From a virus, in the IMG/VR virus record IMGVR_UViG_3300035698_013740, positions 1 through 64,000 of that record: a stretch of DNA of 64,000 nt, one strand, 5' to 3'. Position 1 is the first letter of the stretch; each line of letters opens with the position of its first letter. Of this stretch, positions 57,948 to 64,000 are shown one piece after another. The position numbers and the translations under genes are program-made. The notes under the pieces were generated by a model. It saw only the letters and a program-made list of their open reading frames with translations. It did no database searches and was not told where the DNA came from.

Positions 57948-57988
57948 GATGTGATATTTATCTGTACACTTAAAATAGGATAAATGTT

Positions 57989-59179
57989 ATGTCTGTAAAT
58001 ATTAAATTTGATGGTGAAGGTACTGGCACCAAAAAAGATCCATTCAAAATTCCAGTAGTACCATTGGTAAAAACCAAACTTAAACCACTATACTTAGAAA
58101 TTGAAGTACTGTCTTCACATGGTGGCAATACAACGCCAGAACTATATAACGTTGGGTTTAGAACTGAACAGTGGATTGCAGTAGGTGGTTCTGTTAAGGA
58201 ATCTATTACTGGTGGCATTAAGATGAGAGTTCCATTATATGCTAGGAATGATTTTCAAGATAAGCCTGAAAAGATTTATATGGCTGCATTTAAGTATGCA
58301 TCTAAGACACCAGCAGGACAATTTGTAAATGCATACAGGCTCTTAGATCCAAATTTTACATCTGAGGATGGTTGGAGTGGTAACGACTATTGGGCAATTT
58401 CATATACGGCTGAAGAAATGGTCGAGTATGCTAAATTGTTTGAAACACCAAAGGCAGAATTGCCAATTACTATTAAAGGAACGTTAGATCTTCCACAAGT
58501 AGATGAAGTAGTAGAACTGCAATCTAAAGAATTATCTGAAGTGGAAGATATGCTTATTGCTCTAGAAAAACGAGTATCATCTCTAGAAGGTGGTGTTAAA
58601 GCTGAACCGGTAGATATGCTTATTGCTCTAGAAAAACGAGTATCATCTCTAGAAGGTGGTGTTAAAGCTGAACCGGTAGAAGTTGTAGTAGAACCTATTG
58701 CTGATGTATATGTTGAAGAAAATGTAGATGGTATTAATTTCTCAGTTGATCATGAATGGATAGATGAAAACACATTTATTTTGAATTTGAAACTTGATAA
58801 TGTAGATGAATACGAAGGATTTGCAAACTTTCAATTTGATGTGCCATTTATCAATGGTACTAATTTTGTAGATACTATTGCAGAAGGAACTTATTTTGAT
58901 AATACTCCAGCAAATGATGGAACATTTGATGAGGCAAAGGTAATTAGTGGATGGACTTGGCGAGCGTTTAGAAATGATAACTTACAAAAGATCAGAGTGT
59001 CTGGTTTTGCATCATCTCTAAGTACAATTTATGATGATGGAACTTTAGTAAGAATGAAATATGACGTAACTGATTCAGCTGCTGAAAATTTTACATTTTT
59101 CTTTAATACTGTTAGATTAAATGGGTTAAGGACTCCAGTTAACCCAAAAAATCCAAGATACATTGTAACTAAAGATTAA
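57989..59179 (+). CDS. Acidic protein with coiled coil and C-terminal cohesin-like beta domain
   Basis: 'FILNLKLDNV...GFANFQFDV','DGTLVRMKY'; contains internal duplication. Confidence 0.55.
   Translation: MSVNIKFDGEGTGTKKDPFKIPVVPLVKTKLKPLYLEIEVLSSHGGNTTPELYNVGFRTEQWIAVGGSVKESITGGIKMRVPLYARNDFQDKPEKIYMAAFKYASKTPAGQFVNAYRLLDPNFTSEDGWSGNDYWAISYTAEEMVEYAKLFETPKAELPITIKGTLDLPQVDEVVELQSKELSEVEDMLIALEKRVSSLEGGVKAEPVDMLIALEKRVSSLEGGVKAEPVEVVVEPIADVYVEENVDGINFSVDHEWIDENTFILNLKLDNVDEYEGFANFQFDVPFINGTNFVDTIAEGTYFDNTPANDGTFDEAKVISGWTWRAFRNDNLQKIRVSGFASSLSTIYDDGTLVRMKYDVTDSAAENFTFFFNTVRLNGLRTPVNPKNPRYIVTKD
58547..58678 (+). repeat. Exact 66-bp tandem duplication
   Basis: DMLIALEKRVSSLEGGVKAEPV encoded twice with identical DNA. 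Confidence 0.95.
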
Positions 59180-59240
59180 AAAAAAAGAATTTTTAGGAAC
59201 ATTGAAACAAAAAGAAACAGTTAGAGTATATTTAAACATA

Positions 59241-59351
59241 ATGACGAAGCAAAGACAACATATAAAACGATTTTGGTATATAGATACGAACCCGAATAGG
59301 GATCCGCTATCTCACCAATCTATATGTTCAATCCTGGATACGGAATTGTAA
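59241..59351 (+). promoter_or_regulatory. Putative 36-aa leader peptide ORF of the tRNA array
   Basis: MTKQRQHIKRFWYIDTNPNRDPLSHQSICSILDTEL; overlaps a segment complementary to the downstream terminator. Confidence 0.45.
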
Positions 59352-59385
59352 CGTTCATATATGGATATAAAACCATTAGGTTTTG

Positions 59386-59423
59386 GAGAGATAGGATTTT
59401 AGAATCTTATCTCTCTTTTTTTT
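59386..59423 (+). terminator. Rho-independent terminator upstream of tRNA array
   Basis: GAGAGATAGGATT/AATCTTATCTCTC stem plus T8. Confidence 0.85.
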
Positions 59424-59530
59424 GTTTTGCTGTTTCTTTATGAAACTTTTTGAAATATATTTAGTACTAGCTCATCTAGGAAACTAGAAAAAATGAGCAA
59501 TTGTTTTTTGACTTATTGATATTACCAAAT

Positions 59531-59595
59531 GTGGGAGTAGCTTAATTTGTAAAGCATACTTAACGTAGTTGTAGATTCGAATCCTACCTCCTGCA
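59531..59595 (+). ncRNA. tRNA-like RNA with shortened anticodon arm
   Basis: GTGGGAG/CTCCTGC acceptor, D-arm, TTCGAAT loop; anticodon arm only TAC-TTAAC-GTA. Confidence 0.55.
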
Positions 59596-59664
59596 CAAAA
59601 GAGTGGTAACCTTATACACGGGGTTGTAAGTAGATTATCGAAGAGATAAGTCTCACCATTATAT

Positions 59665-59739
59665 CTGGATATAGCGCAGTTCGGTCGTCGCACTTGATTT
59701 GGGATCAAGGACACGGGGGTTCAAATCCCTCTATCCAGA
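59665..59739 (+). tRNA. tRNA-Pro(TGG)
   Basis: CTGGATA/TATCCAG, CTTGA-TTTGGGA-TCAAG, A73. Confidence 0.9.
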
Positions 59740-59742
59740 CAA

Positions 59743-59835
59743 TAGGGAAGGAGCATTGAAGTGACTAGCATGATGTTTGAGGAAGGGGTCGCAACCTAAC
59801 TGAGTCAAGGAGAGTGAAAGACCTCCCTTTCCCTA
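59743..59835 (+). ncRNA. Unassigned structured RNA within tRNA array
   Basis: TAGGGAAGGAG.../...CTCCCTTTCCCTA closing stem with internal hairpins. Confidence 0.4.
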
Positions 59836-59843
59836 AGTTTAAT

Positions 59844-59916
59844 CGAGAATTGGCGCAGCTGGTAGCGTACTCCGTCTGGAGCGGAGGGGTCGTGGGTTCG
59901 AGTCCCACATTCTCGA
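59844..59916 (+). tRNA. tRNA-Pro(TGG), atypical anticodon loop
   Basis: CGAGAAT/ATTCTCG, CTCCG-TCTGGAG-CGGAG. Confidence 0.8.
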
Positions 59917-59923
59917 CTAAGAT

Positions 59924-59995
59924 GCTTCTGTGGCAGAGAGGATATGCAACGGTTTTCTAAGCCGTACCACGTGGGTTCGAATCCTATCAGGAGTA
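59924..59995 (+). tRNA. tRNA-Arg(TCT)
   Basis: GCTTCTG/CAGGAGT, ACGGT-TTTCTAA-GCCGT. Confidence 0.85.
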
Positions 59996-60001
59996 CAACA
60001 T

Positions 60002-60075
60002 ATGCCATTAGCACGGTCTGGTAGTGCAGCTGTCTTATATGCAGTTGGTCACAGGTTCAAATCCTGTATGGTATA
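60002..60075 (+). tRNA. tRNA-Ile(TAT)
   Basis: ATGCCAT/ATGGTAT, GCTGT-CTTATAT-GCAGT. Confidence 0.8.
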
Positions 60076-60079
60076 CACT

Positions 60080-60151
60080 GGGCCTGTAGCTCAAAGGTAG
60101 AGCACCCCGCTCATAACGGGACGGTTGAGTGTTCAATCCACTCCAGGCCCA
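60080..60151 (+). tRNA. tRNA with CAT anticodon (Met or Ile2)
   Basis: GGGCCTG/CAGGCCC, loop CTCATAA. Confidence 0.88.
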
Positions 60152-60331
60152 CAAAAAATTCACAGCGATGCGATTATAGTTCCCAATGAGTTCGAAATCG
60201 TAGTGACGAGGGAAATAGTACATCGCCTTCATCGTAACAAAAGGATGCCACTTACATTATCTTAGGATAAATAAAGACGGTACTAACTTGCAGGCCATTA
60301 CCAGAGCCGAAAGATTTAAATCTGGTTTTAT

Positions 60332-60414
60332 CTAGATGTTGGACAATTGGATGGTCCACCTGACTGTAAATCAGACGCTTAATCGCCGTGTAGGTTCGAA
60401 TCCTTCCATCTGGA
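60332..60414 (+). tRNA. tRNA-Tyr(GTA)
   Basis: CTAGATG/CATCTGG, loop CTGTAAA, long variable arm, A73. Confidence 0.85.
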
Positions 60415-60442
60415 CAAGGCTTTAGGAAACTAAAGTTTACAT

Positions 60443-60531
60443 TTATCCGTAGCTCAGTCTGGTCAGAGCGCGACGCCGTTAACGTCGAGGCCCTTATAAG
60501 GTTTACATAGGTTCAAATCCTATCGGGTAAT
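60443..60531 (+). tRNA. tRNA-Asn(GTT), atypical with long variable arm
   Basis: TTATCCG/CGGGTAA, CGACG-CCGTTAA-CGTCG, 19-nt variable region. Confidence 0.75.
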
Positions 60532-60536
60532 CAAAT

Positions 60537-60655
60537 GTGCAGGTGGCGGAACGGGTAGACGCTAGGGACATACGTCCTGAGAAGTTTAGGTATAATACAC
60601 ATAGTATGGTTAATACTTGTAAATCTTCGTAGAGGTTCGAATCCTTCACTGCACA
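60537..60655 (+). ncRNA. 119-nt tRNA-like RNA (Leu-type D arm, ~50-nt extra arm)
   Basis: GTGCAG/CTGCAC acceptor, 'GTGGCGGAACGGGTAGACGC', GGTTCGAATCC; no canonical anticodon arm. Confidence 0.6.
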
Positions 60656-60661
60656 CAACAT

Positions 60662-60735
60662 GGAACTCTAGTGTAAACTGGTGAGCATGTGAGTCTGAAA
60701 AGCTCATGGTTTGGGTTCGATTCCCAGGGGTTCTA
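60662..60735 (+). tRNA. tRNA-Phe(GAA)
   Basis: GGAACTC/GGGTTCT, TGAGT-CTGAAAA-GCTCA. Confidence 0.88.
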
Positions 60736-60760
60736 CAAAACAAAAATGATGGTATAGTAA

Positions 60761-61234
60761 ATGATAGAAGGATTAACATTAGAAGAGCAGGCAACGAATC
60801 ATGAAACATGGAGACATATTCATAGAGTTCAATATTATCTGTTAAACGTAGTAGCTAATTTACAAAAGAGATTACATATTCATGATCAATCTAAATTGGC
60901 AGAACCTGAAGTACAACTTTTTACTGAATATACTGATAAGCTAAGGGATGTTACATACGGATCTGAAGAATACAAATCGTTTTTAAGTGGATTGAAACCT
61001 GCATTAGATCATCACTATGCAAATAACAGACACCATCCAGAACATTGGAAAAATGGTGTAGAAGATATGACTCTTCTAGATTTGATTGAAATGATTTGTG
61101 ATTGGAAAGCTGCAAGTGAGAGACACAATGATGGTAACATTCGTAAAAGTATTGAACTTAATACTGAACGATTCAATATGAGTCCTCAACTCAGAAGAAT
61201 TTTTGAAAACACAGTAGACGAAATACTGATATAA
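60761..61234 (+). CDS. DUF5662-like HD-related protein
   Basis: 'HDQSK','HHY..NRHHPEH','DM.L.DLIEMICDWKAA'. Confidence 0.75.
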   Translation: MIEGLTLEEQATNHETWRHIHRVQYYLLNVVANLQKRLHIHDQSKLAEPEVQLFTEYTDKLRDVTYGSEEYKSFLSGLKPALDHHYANNRHHPEHWKNGVEDMTLLDLIEMICDWKAASERHNDGNIRKSIELNTERFNMSPQLRRIFENTVDEILI

Positions 61235-61374
61235 AGATAAAACAACATGGATTGGATAGAAACCTTTTGGAACAGATTGAGTATTATAGAAAATATTGGG
61301 AAAACTCTGGGATAGACCCAGATACAATGAAGAAATTTGAATAGAAGCATATTCAATAGGAAAAGAATAATTTT

Positions 61375-61448
61375 GGTCCTACAGTCCAGAGGCCGTGGAC
61401 GCCACCCTGTCACGGTGGAGATCGAGGGTTCGAATCCCTCTAGGATCG
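61375..61448 (+). tRNA. tRNA-Asp(GTC)
   Basis: GGTCCTA/TAGGATC, CCACC-CTGTCAC-GGTGG, G73. Confidence 0.9.
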
Positions 61449-61450
61449 CA

Positions 61451-61517
61451 TTTCGTATAGTATAAGAACGATGTGGCGTATACACCCATGATGGTTCAAA
61501 CCCATCTACGAAATCCA
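61451..61517 (+). ncRNA. Minimal tRNA-like RNA with encoded CCA and degenerate D and anticodon arms
   Basis: TTTCGTA/TACGAAA-T-CCA, GATGG-TTCAAAC-CCATC. Confidence 0.55.
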
Positions 61518-61523
61518 TTTTAT

Positions 61524-61612
61524 GGTGATTGAGGCAGATTATTGGTTAGCTGCGCTAGGCTGTGACCCTAGTAGGAGAAATCCTTTTGCGAGTTCGATTC
61601 TCGTCATTCACC
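61524..61612 (+). tRNA. tRNA-His(GTG) with long variable arm
   Basis: G-1, CTAGG-CTGTGAC-CCTAG, AGGA-GAAA-TCCT variable hairpin, C73. Confidence 0.8.
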
Positions 61613-61617
61613 CATTT

Positions 61618-61690
61618 GGTGCAGAAGAACAAATGGCAGTTCACCTGATTGTCTATCAGGAAGTTGCGGGTTCGAACCCCGTGTGCACCG
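61618..61690 (+). tRNA. tRNA-Asp(GTC), second copy
   Basis: GGTGCA/TGCACC, CCTGA-TTGTCTA-TCAGG, G73. Confidence 0.82.
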
Positions 61691-61692
61691 CT

Positions 61693-61768
61693 GTGGCCGT
61701 AGCTTAATTGGTAAAGCGCTAGATTGTGGCTCTAGTACATACGGGTTCAAGTCCCGTCGGTCACCCCA
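61693..61768 (+). tRNA. tRNA-His(GTG), second copy
   Basis: GTGGCCG/CGGTCAC-C-CCA, CTAGA-TTGTGGC-TCTAG. Confidence 0.9.
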
Positions 61769-61788
61769 TTTTCTAAATAAAAAATAGC

Positions 61789-61935
61789 ATGGAAATTGAT
61801 ATGATATATTTTGAAGTTTTATGTTGGGTATTGTTATACTTGATATTAGGAATAGTAGGGATCGTATGGTATACTGGAACACAAGAATACCAAGATATGG
61901 ATGACGAAGAAAGAGCAAAATTTTGGTTTGGATAA
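61789..61935 (+). CDS. 48-aa single-TM protein (not in ORF track)
   Basis: MEIDMIYFEVLCWVLLYLILGIVGIVWYTG... Confidence 0.45.
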   Translation: MEIDMIYFEVLCWVLLYLILGIVGIVWYTGTQEYQDMDDEERAKFWFG

Positions 61936-61945
61936 AATAATTTAT

Positions 61946-62019
61946 GGATGCAAAGCTCAATAGGAAGTAGCACCGGACTTTTAATCCGGGGGTTGTGGGT
62001 TCGATTCCCACTGCATTCA
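61946..62019 (+). tRNA. tRNA-Lys(TTT)
   Basis: GGATGCA/TGCATTC, CCGGA-CTTTTAA-TCCGG. Confidence 0.88.
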
Positions 62020-62040
62020 CACACACAATCGTAATAGACT

Positions 62041-62415
62041 ATGTATAAATTATTTTTAGATGACGAGCGAATACCAAGAACTATTTATCCTGAAGATCCT
62101 GTTGGATGGGTAGTTATTAGATCGTATTCAGAGTTTGTGAAAATTATAGAAGGAACAGGTTTACCTAAGATTCTTTCGTTTGATCATGATCTTGCAGAAG
62201 AACATTACGATCCAGCAATTTGGAGAGATGGAAATCCAGTTCCATACGATACATACAAAGAAAAAACTGGTTATGATTGTGCAAAATGGCTAATAAGCAA
62301 AGAACATGATCTTAGAAACATAGATATTAGAGTACATAGCTATAACCCAGTAGGTGCTAAAAACATTAGAATGTTGTTAGAAAACTGGAATAAACACTTA
62401 AACAAAAACGTGTAA
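62041..62415 (+). CDS. Cyclic-phosphate-processing receiver-like domain protein (RNA-repair associated)
   Basis: 'LFLDDER','RSY.EF','SFDHDL','TGYDCAKWL','VHSYNPVG'. Confidence 0.8.
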   Translation: MYKLFLDDERIPRTIYPEDPVGWVVIRSYSEFVKIIEGTGLPKILSFDHDLAEEHYDPAIWRDGNPVPYDTYKEKTGYDCAKWLISKEHDLRNIDIRVHSYNPVGAKNIRMLLENWNKHLNKNV

Positions 62416-63537
62416 ATGCAAAATTATTTTGAGACTGATCTTCATTTGTCTCTAACTTCAAAGGGATTTAAGAAATTTTGGCAAGGATTTGCTGTAACAG
62501 ATGGATATGACAATTTCTATTCAAGGTCAGAATCTTGGCAAGAAAAAGCAGATGGCTCAGAATCTAAACATATTGTATCTGCACCAAAACTTGCAAAAGC
62601 AAAAAATGTTGGTAGAGCAAATGAAGTAGCTCCTAGAGAACAAGCAATATTAGAAATCAAATCTACTCTTTTAAATAAAACACATAGTGGATATGTAAAA
62701 GAAGGAGAACCCTTAGTTCCATTAAGACCTCAAGCAATGACTGCTCTAAGTTTTGCAAAACGAAGTCATAATATTTCATATCCTGCATTAATTCAACCAA
62801 AGCTAGATGGAACTAGAATGTTGTTTAATGGAGAAGTCGGTTGGACTAGAAAGAATATTGACTATATTCCTGATGTGCTTGTTCATCTAAATTGTGAGCT
62901 CCCCAACGGAATCGTATTAGATGGAGAATTGATGCTGGATCAAAACGAATTCACATTTCAGGAAACTATCTCAGCTATTAAGAAATTCAAGAAAGGAACT
63001 AGTGATCAACTTAGATATTATGTATATGATTTGGTAGATACTACATATCCTGATATGGATTTCACTGATCGATATGGAGTGCTTAAGGATATTGTGGAAG
63101 CACTTAATAACCCATATATTATCTTAGTACCTACATTCGAACTAGAGGCCAAAGAGCATATTCAGGAGTTCCATGACACATTTGTTGCAGATAGTTATGA
63201 AGGTGCCATGGTTCGTAATAGATTAGGAGAATATAAGTTAGGAAATAGATCTTCAAATCTTCAAAAGTTTAAAGTATTTTTTGATGAAGAATTTATCATC
63301 ATTGGTGCAAAGGATGGAGTTGGCAAATATGCTGGATGTGTTACATGGATTTGTGAGACAAAAGATAAAGTAGAATTTGATGCAACTCCAAAGGGAACAA
63401 TTGCTATGAAGCAGCAGTGGTTTGATGATCGAGATTCAATTATTGGTAAAGAGTTAACAGTTCGTCACTTTGGATATACCGATGGTGGAAGCCTTAGATT
63501 TCCAGTTGGCATTATAATAAGAGATTACGAAGGGTAA
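62416..63537 (+). CDS. ATP-dependent DNA ligase
   Basis: 'QPKLDGTR','LDGEL','YYVYD','YEGAMVR','RS.NLQKFK','LRFP'. Confidence 0.93.
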   Translation: MQNYFETDLHLSLTSKGFKKFWQGFAVTDGYDNFYSRSESWQEKADGSESKHIVSAPKLAKAKNVGRANEVAPREQAILEIKSTLLNKTHSGYVKEGEPLVPLRPQAMTALSFAKRSHNISYPALIQPKLDGTRMLFNGEVGWTRKNIDYIPDVLVHLNCELPNGIVLDGELMLDQNEFTFQETISAIKKFKKGTSDQLRYYVYDLVDTTYPDMDFTDRYGVLKDIVEALNNPYIILVPTFELEAKEHIQEFHDTFVADSYEGAMVRNRLGEYKLGNRSSNLQKFKVFFDEEFIIIGAKDGVGKYAGCVTWICETKDKVEFDATPKGTIAMKQQWFDDRDSIIGKELTVRHFGYTDGGSLRFPVGIIIRDYEG

Positions 63538-63541
63538 AAAT

Positions 63542-63904
63542 ATGCTAGGAACACAAAAATTTGAAGTAAAATGGGAACATCTTGCACTTCTAGAACGTGC
63601 ATATGTTGGATGGAATGGATGTGAGTTTGGAGCACCAAGTATGGATTGCAAAAGACCATACGGCAATAGCGACGTATTTACTGATATAGGAGAAATACTT
63701 AATATTGAAGGTACGTATGACGAAGAAGAAGAGTATACAACTTTTTCTGACGAACAACAAACTCATATGAGAAAGATTCACGAGGAAATGAAAACAGTAC
63801 TTCAAATTCTATTTGTACATGCTACTACTGGTATTAGACAGGGTCTCTATGAATCAGAAAGATATGGAACAAATTGGAAGCTAAAATATAAGATAGATCA
63901 CTAA
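63542..63904 (+). CDS. Hypothetical phage protein
   Basis: 'CEFGAP..DCKRPYGNSDV..DI.EIL'. Confidence 0.6.
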   Translation: MLGTQKFEVKWEHLALLERAYVGWNGCEFGAPSMDCKRPYGNSDVFTDIGEILNIEGTYDEEEEYTTFSDEQQTHMRKIHEEMKTVLQILFVHATTGIRQGLYESERYGTNWKLKYKIDH

Positions 63905-63914
63905 ACAGATACAC

Positions 63915-63985
63915 TCCTCTGTAGTATAGCGGTAGAACGTATGGCTGTTGACCATAAGATGACGGTTCAACTCCGTCCAGGGAGC
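63915..63985 (+). tRNA. tRNA-Asn(GTT), second copy
   Basis: TATGG-CTGTTGA-CCATA, GACGG-TTCAACT-CCGTC; imperfect acceptor stem. Confidence 0.75.
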
Positions 63986-64000
63986 TACATAAACAGCTTG

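Noticed and set aside
58547-58678. Repeat pair as a diversity-generating retroelement TR/VR
   Set aside because: Copies are adjacent and identical with no adenine-specific differences, and no reverse transcriptase is present
59241-59423. T-box riboswitch in the tRNA leader
   Set aside because: No T-box consensus (GGTGGNACCGCG-like) or stem I motifs seen; the layout fits a leader-peptide attenuator better
59924-59995. Amber suppressor reading (CTA) of the loop TTTCTAA
   Set aside because: The 5-bp stem ACGGT/GCCGT centres the anticodon on TCT (Arg)
431-63805. Minus-strand and nested alternative-frame ORFs in the ORF track
   Set aside because: They overlap well-supported + strand genes or tRNAs, lack recognisable motifs and are shadow ORFs
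1-64000. Genome-wide stop-codon reassignment
   Set aside because: Core genes are full length under code 11, and TAA, TAG and TGA all end genes at sensible junctions

Overview
AT-rich 64 kb segment of a large contractile-tailed (myovirus) phage genome with T4-like core genes. Essentially all genes are on the + strand and use the standard genetic code. Gene order: tail-fibre end, tail sheath/tube/chaperone/tape measure/baseplate (1-13 kb); replication (PolA-like, SSB, UvsX, 5'-3' exonuclease, helicase, class II RNR, PolB, clamp and loader; 13-29.6 kb); an ~18 kb glycosyltransferase/sugar-metabolism island (29.6-47.9 kb); lysis cassette, GSII, ThyX; small early genes, PhoH, HNH, Pth2; then a tRNA array with several atypical tRNA-like RNAs, a cyclic-phosphate receiver protein and DNA ligase. 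Weak Shine-Dalgarno use and a DUF4494-like gene hint at a Bacteroidota/FCB host (inference). Most notable: (1) three stand-alone fragments resembling virion-assembly proteins (major capsid N-terminal piece, major capsid C-terminal piece, degenerate terminase ATPase) inside the glycosylation island, possibly decoys of immune pattern sensors; (2) a leader peptide/antiterminator/terminator, attenuator-like, in front of the tRNA array; (3) tRNAs with altered loops, long variable arms or non-bacterial identity elements; (4) a +1/-2 frameshift in the tail chaperone; (5) a 44-bp hairpin before the endolysin. All assignments come from motif recognition by eye; no database search was run.
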